DNA of 64,000 nt, from assembly GCA_030141605.1 (NCBI GenBank), contig JAQGDQ010000349.1, positions 122,375 through 186,374 on the forward strand, written 5' to 3'. Shown one piece after another: positions 39,336-54,271 of the stretch (position 1 is its first letter; every line of letters starts with the position of its first letter). The notes beneath the pieces are model-generated. The model was not told the origin of the DNA and ran no database searches. It saw only the letters and a program-made list of their open reading frames with translations. The position numbers were made by a program, and so were the translations under genes. This DNA is from Tubiluchus corallicola. Taxonomy: Eukaryota; Animalia; Priapulida.

Positions 39336-39784
39336 TGTACAATTTCTAACGACTGTTATATAAATTTGGAAACATGTCTATCAATTGCTTGCTGATTGAA
39401 AGAGTTAGTGAAGGAGAGAAAGAGAAATAACATATTACAACGTTATAAATTATACAGGCGCAACTCTACATAAAGCCCAAAAATGAGAGGCCTATTTGAT
39501 TTCAGGCGCAGGTATCAAGTTTACTGTCAGCAACTGATATATGATATTATAAATTAATTAATTGATACATGTTTGTTATAGGTTATTAGTGACGATTATA
39601 GCAAGTAGCTAAATCAGTGCCGATTTCTATATCTATAATGCTGTGTATAATTACTATAATTTTTTTAGCTCTTTGCATAAACTTTATAGTCGCAATATTA
39701 AATACATTAATGTGTATATTAATAGAATTTTTTTCTGCAAAAAGAGGAGCTGTATTATTATTGTTGATAGTAGCATAAAATAAA

Positions 39785-39968
<184 letters not shown>

Positions 39969-42205
39969 TTTTTATTAACAATAATTAGGAACCTATTAGG
40001 AAACAAAACTGTTCAAAAAAGAAACTGCTCGCTTGTCCTTGACTTCTGGTGTAAAACTATAGTAACATTTGCAGATGTAAAGTGACAGTGTTGAGCTGAA
40101 CGCCATCTTTTTTTATTAACAGCATAAAGTATTGTTAAGATTTTGTTGTTGTTTGTGTTAATGGAGTTTTCTGTTTTCTGCACATCAGTTTTCATTTGAG
40201 TCTCAGAAATGCAATCAAAGTAATATCTTAAGTATGGAATTTCTTCTTAATAAGCACAGTGTGTTATTTCATCCCGTCTCTGACTCTGTGTGTTGTTAAT
40301 AATTTTTGCAATAGGAAACCAGATGTGACTGGCAGGCAGAGGAAATTAATACGCCCAAAGAAGGACAAACGCCCACATAAAACACGTAGACACAAGTAAA
40401 CCTAGGCAAATAATAGGACCTGAGTTGCCCTAGTTTGAGGGGTGGGGGGACAATCATCTCCTGACACCCGATAACAGTTGCAATAGTAATAGTATACAAA
40501 TACAAGAAGACCAAGTTACAATAACCTTTACTAAAAAATCACGAGTCTAACAAGACAAAAACCAAAGGTTTGCATTTTCATTGAACGAACATGCAAATAC
40601 TTTTACAATACTTTTTCTAACGTTTCTGAAATTCAAAAGAAATAATGGCGGCTGTTTATGTTTTCCTTTTACAAGCTTGTCTATAAATTTGCCAACACTT
40701 TCAGGAGTATGTACTTAACAAATGAAAAAAGGACGTATGAGGTTTAGTGAACTAAAATTGATAGCAGGTACTCGTATGACTTTACAATTATTAAGAACAA
40801 TTCGTCGTACAAGAAACACTTTGATATCAGCCAGTGAAAAGAAGTAGGTTTGATGCAATTTTTTGATACTGAAACCTTAAATTTCGAAATTTAAGACAGT
40901 GTTTTTGCCCGAAAATGTACAAGTTATTTGCCACGGGAGGGCAACCGCCCCCCTCCCGACCCCCGCCTCGTTCGCCTAGGCCTAAACAGAGATTTTAGCA
41001 CAATATGTAAAAACGCCGACGCCAATAGAAAATTAAAAACTTTTAGTATTTAGCAAATTACGAAAAGCTTTAAAACTTTTGTGACGAGCTACCATGATTA
41101 TAGGAGGACTTCAACGATTAGGTCACGCTGACCTAAGAATAAAGACCGCTGAGAAACAAAAGTTTCACATGGCGGTTGTTCCACAGGAGCCAATTAATTA
41201 TGTTGCATCTGCGCGCAGTTCGATGAATTTTAGCTAAATAATTTCTGGCACACTTAGTGTATAGTTAATATATACATACATATACTTAGTCATAATATAT
41301 ACATAAGTATACATATATATATATACATATAACTGCTACCGTCTAGACGAATTAGCTTATCAGTTATGTATTGGAGCGGTCCACAGTACGCGATTTCAAC
41401 AACAGAACTACAACAGCCAAAACAAAGCAGATTCAACTCAGATACCTCAGGACTGCTAATCATTAGAAAGTCATGCGCTGTAATCATCTAATATCTAAGT
41501 TTTGGTATTAGGTGGGCGGCAACGATAGAAAAATTTATAAATTGCAGAGTCTGTACGATCTGACACACATTAAACTAATTTATAACTACATGAAGGCTTT
41601 ATGTAATACTAGTACTAGCCTGGTAAAAATTTCATATAATCAACACGAAATTAGAATGCTCTTTTTCAGACCGTAATCCGCATTAACAGAATAAACAGTT
41701 CTACGTATACTTTTCAATACATTCTAAGCTACTAAAGCCTAATTACACTAAACTATTCTAAATCTGCTAAAGCATGCTATCTGCACTAAAAGCTGCTAAC
41801 AGTGCTAATAGTGGTAGGGTGTGAGTAGCATGGTTTGCATCTTTTAGCGTGACTAGCATGATTAGCTACTATTTAAAAGCTGCATGCCATGGTTTTAAGA
41901 ATTCATGTAGCGATCGCATTTATTTATTACCGATTTAAATAAAAAGCTACAAGGTGCTGCCACCTGTTAGCGAAAACTACAACCATAGCATGAGAGATTA
42001 GAAAGCTTATCTTTCCGAGCACGTCTTAGAAAGAAAACCTTGTTGGAAAACACGTAATGAATCAACGGCTTCATTTTACGCACGCGCATTGCGTACTACC
42101 AACTCACGTGATAAACGAACCTACGAGTTTGGCTTCACGGCAAACTTCTGCTAAAGCAAAACCGCACAATACACACAACCATTGTGTTTTAACTCTTTCA
42201 CTCAC

Positions 42206-42285
42206 CTCTTTATTGAGCGAACGATAAGCGTTCCTTGCTAAGGCTGTAACGTCATCGGTGTTGTTGTCCTCACTTTCAGTGCTTT
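42206..42285 (-). other. Isolated 80-nt spliced exon (5' UTR or coding), possibly an upstream exon of ASB-like copy 2
   Basis: Strong acceptor ttttatttttttcag| and strong donor GAG|GTGAGT; one open frame (STESEDNNTDDVTALARNAYRSLNKE). Confidence 0.55.
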
Positions 42286-42664
42286 CTGAAAAAAATAAAA
42301 TTATAAACATTAAAAAGGTTCAACAAAATACCTTACTCACTCAAGTAATTCAGTTTGTACAGCCTCTAAGAATCTAAGTACGATGAATCGTTAAACTGGT
42401 ATGGGTACCTTGATCAAGACTGGATGAATATCAGAACCCTTCTGAGAGTACTAAAACCAGTACTAAACAACTTACAAACTGCGGCAGTCACTCAACTATT
42501 TACTTAGCAAAGCTTGGCATTGCCTAACTTCAGTCATTATGCATGTACCGTGCCTATATAGATAAGATAGATATTCCTCAATATGAAGAGAAAGCCAGTT
42601 TTTGTTCGTATGGGTGTTTTCAGTGTATCGTTTGTTAAACCAGAATCAATGTGTCGAATAAGAA

Positions 42665-43253
<589 letters not shown>

Positions 43254-45458
43254 CAAAACTTGGAAGGGCAGAAAGTCTGGTCAGACTGTGGAGTTTGATC
43301 CATTTCAGTTATAATATTATAATATACTTAACAGAATAAACAACTATGGACGACAAATATAATGGACAATTATAATACAACGCTATTTGTCATTATAATT
43401 AATTTAGTTGCTTTTTACTCGAAATTTTATGTAAATGCACGTGTGAATAACGGCATACCCCAGTCATCATCCTCGTCCGAATTTATATCAGTGCTGATGC
43501 AAGAATAGAATACCAGGGAGCGCTTCCGTCCTTCCTCCATGGCTTATTTTTCATTGCTGGTAAAGTCTCATAACGATTTTTTAATTCGGCAGGAATTGCG
43601 ATATTTTCTTCACGTTCGTGCAATTTCAATAAGTAAAGCACATGCTGATCCTTGCTATTTGGCAATAAAAGTTTACAAAACAATGAACTGTATAGCAAAG
43701 TATCGTTGTTTTCTAAGGAAATTCCTTATTTTTCCTTATTTTGTGTTGGATTACACAATGCATTAACTTTCAATTGTCTCTTTTTCCGAAATACTACATG
43801 TCATAAAACTTTTACTTCTGCCACACAACTACTAGTCAACTCTAACATGAATTGAAAAGAAAAGACAAAAACCCCGCTGTCACGAGAGTCCTGCTGTCTT
43901 TACTAACAAATTTGAGTAATTTTGCACAACGCTCAATGGTTTGTACCTAGATAAAGCGTGTTTTACATAAGATCATTTGGCGATTCAATGGCGATTTAAT
44001 ATACTCGTGGAATTGCACCGCAAAAACATCAATATCCCTCATATCTAATAACACCCATAGCCACTAATCAACTTATTAAATAAACATGGGAACTAAAAAA
44101 ACTGCACAGTTAACAAGAATATGTGCACTGAAGCTGGCACAAAATCAAAGCCACGCTTGGAAACAAGTCGCCAATCCAATATTACCTAAATGTCATAATT
44201 GCATTGGAGCGGTAGGAAACGCGAGGGGCGACTGTAAGAAAGATGGTCACTAAAATCCTTTAAGAAAAAAGAATAATCCCATATGTCACAAAGTCATTAT
44301 AACAATTTTCACGGAACAAAGTTTGCGAAGTGGATAAAGATATTCCATGCACTCTTGGCAAAACAAACTATAATTTTAGAAACGGTTATTAATAATATTT
44401 CTGCTACCAACCGTTTCCGTGGTCTGTTCCCAGTATGGCTACCGATTCAAGAAATTTTAGCCTGTAATTCGATAAATAATAGACAGCAGTAATTGATGTG
44501 CCCGCCCCAAATGCATTTGCTGCGACATTTTTGAGGGAAATAGGCAGTTAAATAACATCAACGATTTACGTCAAAAATTACGTTTCGACATTTTCAATCT
44601 CGACAAACCCGACGGCATAGCTTTTAACGTGCACTCAGGTTTCTACTGTGTCCAGTGCGCATGCGTTTTTGTGCCTGTAATTCCCTGTTTCCCGAAAAAA
44701 TGACATATCGGCAACCGATAGCAGTACCGATGTGGGTTCGGTTATGGATTGATTAAGGTGTTTTTGCTATAAATGCTCGGTAATAATAGTTACTGTTCGT
44801 AATAATTACTGATTGTAAACTCACTAATATCTTGCAAAGGAAATGCTCTCCAGATGGAAAAAATCGTTTTTAATAACTTGACTGCACACGAATTAGTCAA
44901 CTAACTGAATAATAATGCGCTTAATAATCTTATCAAAAAGCTTGAACTAAAACTCGGTGAATATGGTTTTCTGAATAGCGAAGTTCCGGATTTCTGGATA
45001 TTTGAATAACATTCATTTTCAAATTTGTGAACATTTTCTGTAGTAGTGCTTATTTTTTGAAAGCATGTACAAATGAATCGAGTTAAATCAACAACAACAG
45101 CCATGACACCCAAGAACTGCAGACCATTTCCTATATATCATGTTGTTTCCTTGGACCACTTAAAAAAATCCGAACCAGAAAATTGTTTTACTTTAACAAG
45201 ATAATTGAAACCTCGCCTCTTCAGTAGATGTCTTTTATCACTAACAAAGAAATCATACTTTTTATAAACTTGTAAACCAGAATTTATATTTTCGCTTTTC
45301 TGCTAGAACGTATATTACTCTGAATGACCACTAGTATTGCTTGGGTCCAATTGTGCTATACAAAAAAGTCGTCCTGCCTATATCTTTCAAAATTAAGTAA
45401 TAGGCGGCGCCACGACACAATCAGTTTATCACTGGGCAGATACCTTCAGTCACAATCA

Positions 45459-45544
45459 CCTCTCCTCCTCCTCCTCCTCCTCCTCCTCCTCCTCCTCCTC
45501 CTCCTCCCTCTCTCTCTCTCTCTCTCTCTCTTTCTTTCTCTCTT

Positions 45545-45591
<47 letters not shown>

Positions 45592-45670
45592 TTCTCTCTC
45601 TCCCCCCTCTCTCTCTCCCCCTCTCTCTCTATCTGTCTGTCTCTCTCCCCTCTCTCTCTCGCTCTCTTTT
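45459..45670. repeat. (CCT)n-(CT)n microsatellite
   Basis: Directly visible. Confidence 0.96.
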
Positions 45671-46679
45671 TCGCTAACTCTTTCCCTCCCTCATTCTTTA
45701 AGCTCCTCTCGCGCGTGTATCCTCTGTCACTTTGCATACTTTGATCTCGCACTTTTGTCCTTTGAAGCGAATGCACACCGAAGAAGCCTCATACTCAGGG
45801 CTGCAGTATGCTATACTTATACCTACACTTGGACTTACAAAGTAAAAATAAACATCACGTAGGCCTATGATATTATATTGTTCTGCTGTTATAGTTTGCG
45901 AATCACGAAAGCAGTTCAGACAAATTTCACCGCCTCTTACTAACATTCTCACTATTTGCTGAGAGCCTACAATTCTGTTGATCAAGTGAAGCCACTCTTG
46001 ATGCTTCAGGCGACGTTAGCTGCTGGTAAGATTGACAATACTCTTCTATTTACGATCCATCAACTAAAGCTATATAGGCCATCGGTATGTCATCTGATAT
46101 AGCTGCTCGTCAGCCTTGCGTGTAAGTGAAATGGCAAGAGAATAAATACTGCAAAGGAAAGGTATTTCTAACGTTAAAGTAAAGTATTGCAATACAAGAT
46201 ACATAGGACCTGTTAATATAAAAGGGTTAGTTTGTATTTTGTTGTGTTTATTGTAATAACTAAATTTCACAAATATATTTTCAGTGCTGTTGGTAAGAAA
46301 AAGCCACAAATAAAAGGATTTTTTGTGTTTTCACTCGAAAAACGACAAACTCCTTAACATGTACTCTTTCTGTATGCACGTAAGTAGAAAAAAGTTCATC
46401 ATACGTAATGAATTTGTCCTATGCCGACTTACGAAAGCAGAACACAAACATTCTTTGCAAAACAGCCTCAACAACTGCTTAAACCGGCGTACATTGAGGG
46501 AAAACGCATTACTGTTATATTTCTGTAAGTTACGGAAATTTTTGAAAACAGTGTGAGTACATAATTATGCTATAAGATGTTATTTTAACTGGCTACTGCG
46601 CCTCCTGGGTACGGCTACTCTACATCATTCATATGTACTAATGTTAAAAAACGTGTTTAATATAAAAATTAATATTAGG

Positions 46680-47306
46680 TTTGTCACACAAATCAATAAT
46701 ACAAGCCAAACATAAGAATGCATATTCTGTAACTAATTTAAGGAACAAACTAAAAATACCAATCATAGAAGCTCATAAAGATTATCACACATTATTATTC
46801 ATTTTCAAATATATAAATAATTTAAGTATTCCATTCAAAGGTAACAAATTAGCACTACTCAAAAATGCCGAATTAAACGCCGGGTTGAAACAAACTAAAA
46901 AGAACAATCATTTTGGAAACAATTCAATGGCAAAAACGCAGTCAAGCTCTGGAACTCACTGCCAGTCGAAATCAAACGTATTAAATCATTAGCCGCATTC
47001 AAAGCAAAACAAAAGCAATAATGATGTCAAGATTTGAATGCGCAACTTACCAACATGACAAATTACACACTAATGCAGAATTCATTTACCACAGGCCATA
47101 TTAAATGACTCAATTTTCCTGACAGTCAGTTGGTAAATACGTAAAACATGTAAAATTTGAGCTTATAGTTATATTTTACATTTTGCACCTGTAATTTAGT
47201 TTTTGTACTGACGCATTTGCCCCCAACAGTGTATGTTTTTAACTATCACTGATTGAGCTTCTTAAAGGAAAACCGGATGATTGTGTAAACACGAGTTCAG
47301 AATAAA
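46680..47306 (+). mobile_element. LINE 3' fragment (ORF2 C-terminus plus 3' UTR)
   Basis: After a frameshift, 46944-47010 reads KLWNSLPVEIKRIKSLAAFKAK, the WN.LP..I....S...FK motif of CR1/L2-group LINEs; aataaa near 47301. Confidence 0.7.
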
Positions 47307-48286
47307 GAATGCTCTAAAATGTTGAAAACTACAAAAGCTTATTTTAAATCAAAGCTTAGATTAAATAATAACTACTTCGAATACTCAAATTTCGTTAAAC
47401 TTTCAAAGCTGCGCGCGGCTCAATGAATCTACTAAGATTGGCAGCGGCGCCTTTTTGTCATGTGCGCGTGGCCGACAAATAAAAGGCGGTACCGTGATAA
47501 CCATGATCATGAACTGCTGTGTTAGTTTCATGACGTCATATGATGTAAAGCCCATTTTTGTGACATCATGTGTTTAAGCAGTACTGTAACACCTATGGAA
47601 ATGTGCTTGACGCGCAAGGGAAGACGCCTGCCATTGCACATACTGTGGTTCGTTTCTGACGTAAGCAAAAGCTGTGTTCGGTTGCCGTTAATTAACTTTC
47701 TAAGCTAATTATTCAAATATAAGGAACAATTGCTAACCTGTATAAGCAAGAAAATGTATATTTTGGACAGTAAATTAAAATGAGATTGAGTCTAAACAAT
47801 CGTCCGGTCTTCCTTTAATATTCTCTTATGATTCTCAATTATTATGGCAAATAAAGAAGTTATTATACTATACTACAGTAGCCGAGTAAAATTAGATTTC
47901 CCAGGTACAATTATCACGTAGACTAGATCAACAAGTTCTTAGCATTAAGTACTGAAATCAATTCTTTAATTACCAGACCTGAAGCTCATCGCCTATTGAG
48001 AACTTAAAACTACTAACAGTTATTGATGAGTTATCTGTGTTGAACTACTTGAAACTTTGAATTAACAGATGTGGCCTTGGCTTACTGAGTTAAGCATTTG
48101 GCTATTTACAAAGGATTACGAAAAGAACGCAGCCAGCAGGGTGCATTAAAAGCGTATGCGTGCGCTGCATGCAACAATCGATCACCGATTACTAATGACC
48201 AAAGTTTCAATGCTTTTTTCTACAGCTGTCCCGATTGTTTAAATGATTTTTGCAAGGGCTATAGCATATGGCAGGCATTTGAATGT

Positions 48287-48956
48287 CCTTAATTGTCCTG
48301 GAATGCTAGTTTACCCAGATTCACATGGGTTAGCTAGATTCTCATCTCAAAAACTACAGTAACTAAGCGATATATTTTTAGGCAGGGGTGCCCTAACTGT
48401 CCTTGAATGCTAGTTCACCTAGATTCCCATAGCTAGATTCCCTTAGGGTTAGCTAGATTCTCATCTCAAAAACATCCGTAACTAAGCGAGATATTCTTAG
48501 GCAGGGGTACCTTAACTGTCTTTGAATGCTAGTTCACCTAGATTCCCATAGCTAGATTCCCTTAGGTTAACTAGATTCTCACCCGAAAACATCAGTAACT
48601 AAGCGAGATATTTTTAGGTAGGGCTGCCTTAATTGTCCTTGAATGCTAGTTCACCTAGATTCCCTTAGGTTAGCTAGATTCTCATCTCAAAAACATCCGT
48701 AACTAAGCGAGATATTTTTAGGCAGGGGTGCCTTAATTGTCCTTGAATGCTAGTTCACCTAGATTCCCTTAGGTTAGCTAGATTCTCATCCCAAAAACAT
48801 CAGTAACTAAGCGAGATATTTTTTAGGCAGGGGTGCCTTAATTGTCCTTGAATGCTAGTTCATGTAGATTCCCATAGCTAGATTCCCTTAGGGTAGCTAG
48901 ATTCTCATCTCAAAAACATCAGTAACTAAGCGAGATATTTTTTAGACAGGAGTACC
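48287..48956. repeat. Minisatellite: 6 tandem units of about 103-119 bp
   Basis: Unit ccttaattgtccttgaatgctagttcacctagattccc...gctagattctcatctcaaaaacatc..taactaagcgagatatttttaggcaggggtg; units 2, 3 and 6 carry an extra 14-bp subrepeat. Confidence 0.97.
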
Positions 48957-48970
48957 ACCGAGCAGCTGGT

Positions 48971-49675
48971 ATTATTACAACGCGCCTAGATTATTGCAAT
49001 TCTCTTCTATTTGTAATCATAACCTTGATAAGTTGCAACGTGTACAAAATGCTGCAGCACACTTTGTATCCAAAACAAAGAGATTCGATCATGTGACACC
49101 AATTTTGTTTGATCTTCACTGGTTTCCTGTTAAATACAGAATAGCTTTTAAAATTTTATTTGTTTGCTTATAAATATGTGCATGAGCTGGGTCCCCACTA
49201 TCTTCAAGAGTTAATTTCGAGGTATATTCCACAACGTAGTTTGCGCTCAGCGAATTCAATGAACTTAGTCCAACCTAGAATAAAACTAGTCACTTGTGGC
49301 GGACGGTCATTCTCATCTGCGCTCCTCTATTTTGGGATCAAACAGCTATTCACATACAACAGTCAGAGTCAGTCAGTATCAATTTTTAAAATAATCCCGT
49401 AAAACCTTTTTATTCGAAAAAAAGTTTAATCTGTAATTACAAAATAAAATCAATTGAAATTGAATTTTCATTATGTCTTACATTTTATCTGTAGAATTGT
49501 GTTGTATGTATTATTTAACTATTGTTTTACTTTTATTGTAGCGTATAATTTTTAAGTCCATTCGTGATATATTTTTGCTCACGCTTTTTATCTATTATTG
49601 ACTGTAAAGCCCTAGAACATTTCTTGGATTCGAGACAAATAAATAAATAAATAATAATAATAATTATTATTATTA
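48971..49675 (+). mobile_element. L2-clade LINE, 5'-truncated 3' end
   Basis: IITTRLDYCNSLL, KLQRVQNAAA..SKTKRFDHVTPILFDLHWFPVKYRIAFKI, YIPQRSLRS..GGRSFS; ends in an (aaat)n(aat)n tail. Confidence 0.92.
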
Positions 49676-51599
49676 CCTAGCTGGTCATACAGATCATACT
49701 GAAGATTGCATGTTGGCGGGCCGCATGGAATAGAGAAACAATTGGCTTTTGTGCTGCTTCTGCATTTAGGTATATAGGGTCGGCTACATTGTATGCCCTG
49801 TAATAATTTTTAGGGTCGCTACATTGTGTGCCCCAACCAAGATGTCATCGAGGCGGTCAGTAAATGGATGGATGACTTGTCTGTTAAATACTGGCTCTAT
49901 GCAGTTTCATTCACTGCAGAACTACTCATTCTGCCCGTTTACCTTGTTGACAGAGGATATAGCTAAAACACTTCTGCTGGTTCAACGGCTCATCTTAAAG
50001 GAATATTCTTGATGATGAGCCAGATTCTGGTCTCATCGCAACCATCTATATTAAATGTTTTATTATTTGGTCGTAGGAAAGAAAGATTTTATTGAATGTC
50101 TGCATTATAACTGGAGCTTGCAACAAGAGCACGTGACTGTATATGTGTCTCACTGTAAACTTCCTACAACCACCGCCAGGTATCGCTAATGTGACTAATT
50201 CCCACATCTACATCAAATTTTTAGTCACTTGATGTAATCGCTCGTATATCACCGTAATCGTAATCACTCCGCGTGCAATATAGAAGCAGCTGCGGCACTA
50301 AACCTGCTCCAAGTCCAACGAGGAATAGAGGTATTAATGGAGATCATTTGACTCCCAGGGCACATGTAATGATCACTGCTAAAATAGGCAGTTAAGCCAT
50401 ATTCAGCCAAAGATTGTGGTCAATGGTCACTAAAGAGCAGAATGCGTTCTGTTTGGGTAATGGTCGCAGTATTTTTCTCGATATTGGTTATATGTGAAAA
50501 ATTAAGATGATCACCCCCCCCCCCAACTTGGAACTTATTCACACTCGAGCAGAATGTACGGTAACGGATTATGTTGCAGATATGGCAAGGTTAAATCCAG
50601 TATATGCACAATAACGTCTTGTTAAGCCTAACTGCAGTAACTAGTTTGTACTGCCAAATATTTTGCACATTTCAGACTTGCAGTTGCTGGACGCAACGCA
50701 ACAGCCGACCTGCATACTCTATATCATTGCAGCAGAGTGTGAACATACCTTTAGTATTTTAAAACAGATTATACTGTGTTATTATTAATGGATTAAAAGG
50801 TTCACGAAAATGAACAAATGAACAAAGAAATATAATCAGTGTATTTTAAAAAGGAAAGAAACATTAAAGAGATGGGTATATGATTATACTGAATCAATAA
50901 GTTGCAATAAAAAAAGTTTTTGAGCTTTTGGCATTGTGTTGCAGATGCACTTGTATAGTTTAATTTTTATGCACTTGTCAAATAACCTACTATAATACAG
51001 TAAGAAACACTGAATACAATTAAATTTATATCATCGGGGAGGGTGGTGGACCCGTACAGGGCCCGAAATAACCTCTAAGGCCGGCTAGGATCAAGGCAAA
51101 GAATAAAAGCCTAATTTACTCGTACATGCCAAAGTTTCACAAAACTACGGCTCTGTGTTATTCGCAAAACTAACAATTGGCATTGAGCGCTACAAGTGAG
51201 AACTTTGTCTATATAATCGTTGGTTTTTATCGGATTGAACAATGTTTTTCTTGCAGACACACAAGATGTGTAACAACACGCTTTCAGGCTTGGCATTGAA
51301 ACTTTGTATGGCTTCCATTACAAATCAAACACAATGAATCGAGCAAAGAAAACTGGAGAGAAGACAAACGTTCTGTGCAAACAGAAAACGCAGCGTTAGA
51401 GCTGAGTTTTTGGAAAATCGGAAATAAAATGGAGGAAACCGCGATTCACACTCGCCCTATTTCGTTTCCAGGAACATTTTTGGTAGGTGTTCGGGTGATT
51501 ACAATGAAGGTTTTACTGCCGACTGTAAACAAAAGAAAAAAGATACAAACACTTTTTTCACACGAATAATGACTGTTAATACTCCACTTTAAAAGTTTA

Positions 51600-51715
51600 T
51601 ACAGTCAGGTAGAGCAACAACGACATCTTTGTTAAAGTCTGCGGTCTGACCCGTTCGCGGTATTGAACCCACAACCTCACACAGCATTAAAGTTTTCGAT
51701 TAGACCATACCGCAT
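51600..51715 (-). mobile_element. tRNA-derived SINE head with a Meta-domain-like central segment
   Basis: Minus strand: tggtctaatcg (A-box-like), GGTTCAATACC (B box), then gggtcagaccgcagacttta, which resembles the MetaSINE central domain as recalled from memory. Confidence 0.5.
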
Positions 51716-51724
51716 GGTATATAA

Positions 51725-52012
<288 letters not shown>

Positions 52013-52266
52013 TTAATACATGTCATTCCATTCAGTTTAACTGATTCTGCGAGTTTATACAAAATTCATATTCATTCTCAGTCGGATATCTAATAAATAG
52101 AATAATCTTCAGCCAGAGAGACTGATTTTGAGCCATTTTAAATTACTCCCAAACATTTTTCGGCTCTGTTATATGCTTTATCTTTTCCGTGCCCCCACAT
52201 GGGCAAAATACTTGTAGTCAAAAACGTGAAAGTGACGCATTTTTTGCAATTTCAAAACTTCTACAC

Positions 52267-52705
52267 TTAGGTGGGTAAAGATAGCTTCAAATAATGGGGT
52301 AACTGTAATAAATTAAAATAGAATTTTTCCCTTCAGATTCTATTAGAACATGGTTTCAAGTACGTGGGTATTAACACAAAATCGGCTATTATACTTTTGA
52401 GATATGCGCATAAATCCAAGATGGCGCTTACTGGGGTAAAATCAGTTATATCTCCTAAATTATCGAGCCTAGGTAAAATATCTATTATTGACTGATAGGA
52501 CAGTGCACCCGAGGATTGCAAAAATGTTGTCGTTTTGGATTTATGGATTTATGCGTATATCTCAAAAGTATCAAAGCTGATTTTGGTTGATTTTTTTGCT
52601 GTCGGCACCTGAAACCATGTTGTAACAGGATCTAAAGAAAAAAATCCCATTGCAATTTATTTTACGTTGTTTTACGTTATCTTTACCACACAGCTTACCC
52701 CCTAA
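52267..52705. mobile_element. MITE with long (~150-bp) imperfect TIRs
   Basis: Mirror segments aacatggtttca/tgaaaccatgtt and atacttttgagatatgcgcataaatcca/tggatttatgcgtatatctcaaaagtat; termini ttaggtgggtaa/ttaccccctaa. Confidence 0.82.
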
Positions 52706-53244
52706 CTGTCTGTTCTTTTGCTTAGGGCCTAATGCTATTGTGTGTTAAAACTAACTCACTCCTGTGCCTAATAATCACTTCATTTGTTCACAGGTGAAAT
52801 TGGTGAAGCAAATCAAACACACATCAATGCAGACATTAACATCCATTTTTGATCGTTACTGTCATTGTCCTAAATGCTTGTTGGTCAGTAAGGCAACTGA
52901 ACTAACAGGCTAACAGAGTAACAGACGAAAACGGCATTATATTATAGATATTTTAGGAGATGTAATAATTATTCACCTAGCAATGACATCACTAGCTATC
53001 ACTGTGAATAAACACTGTGTTTTATATCTGTAAAGCTTATGTATCAGAACTTTTTTTTGCGTAAATACTTACCTTTTGGATGTGAAAATCACATGACTTA
53101 AAATGTTCACACATTGACTAAAATCATGAATTTTAAAATAACAAAATTCAGTATTTGGGTTGCTAGTTATAGCATTTATACGATTTCTCACAGCAGGATA
53201 ATATGATTCGTATTGATAGTCGAAGCATGAATATAAATTAGCTA

Positions 53245-53838
53245 CCGAGTGTGTCCTAAGTCACTATACACTTTGATTTATAATTTTCTATTTAGAATTT
53301 TCCCCAATCTCAACAAGCTGTTATATGAATCAGACGGGTCCTTTGGCCATTCTTTTCAATTTTCATTTGTTTTTTGACTGGAATTCGGTTGCTATGGTGA
53401 CGACCGTAACGTTAGAAATAAGGTGCAAAGTCAGCCTAGCATGAGGTCTTTCGATCACCAACAGAGGGTGGAAATTCAGAGCACCATATGAACCACACTT
53501 TTCTCTCACAATTAACAAGTTTTTCGACAAGGTACAGCCCTTCCTCAGTACTCAAGAGCTGTGAGAGACTTTGTCAATGCAAGATGTCCTACTTGCCACT
53601 TGGAATGGTCTCTAAAGTTCTGGAGGTCCCAACGGAAGGTAGCAAAGCCTGCTAGTGCACTAGTTTTTTTTTCAGATTTTGGTCTAACTTAACTGAAAAT
53701 TATAAATGTTATAAAAGATATAAAAGTTATAAAGTTATAAAAGTTTTAGTTCGTTTGTGCCAATTTTCAAACATTTGTTTTGCTTTGTTTGTTAAAAAAT
53801 ATAGAAAATGTGAAGTGTATAGTGACTTATCATCATCT
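53245..53838 (+). mobile_element. Internally deleted Tc1/mariner element
   Basis: 17-bp inverted core taagtcactatacactt at both ends with TA flanks. Remnants MRSFDHQQRVEI (53441) and FRQGTALPQYSRAVRDFVNARCP (53522-53590), resembling the FQQDGAPPH..R.VR.FLN..FP catalytic block. Confidence 0.75.
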
Positions 53839-54271
53839 TATGCCCGCTACGTCTTTTGCTGACAATGGGACTGCGGAAATTAAAATAAAAGAATTCCGCC
53901 CTCAAGACAGGAAAACACAGCAGTAATCCAACAAAAACTAGACACTGCTGTGCCTGTGTCTTGTCACCACCTTTTCCGTTATAAGTCCGTTAAAGGCACG
54001 GACTTATGAGACACCCTGTATAAAAAACATCTTTGCTTAGTATAAACCCCTTTTCTTCCGAAACTTTGTTTCGTTTTAGAACAATGATAGAACGTCCCTG
54101 TCATGTCATAACACAATTTAGAATGCCAACGTATCTCCCGGCATTTTTTGCAGGTTCTTCTATTTTAGAATTCATTATTTCAGTCACTGTTTTAATTTCT
54201 CAAACTAATTCAGTTTCTTTATTACACCTAAAGATAAGCAAATCAACTGCCAATTGTTTTGATCTTCATAG

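Noticed and set aside
48098-48292. 64-aa ORF with two CxxC motifs, zinc-finger-like
   Set aside because: TTG start, short, no clear splice sites or family resemblance.
48287-48956. Regular repeat array as a possible CRISPR
   Set aside because: Units are contiguous and similar along their whole length; there are no unique spacers, no cas genes, and the context is eukaryotic.
50077-50179. Possible plus-strand upstream exon of the 54272 gene
   Set aside because: One open frame with AG/GT borders, but splice signals are weak and nothing links it to the gene.
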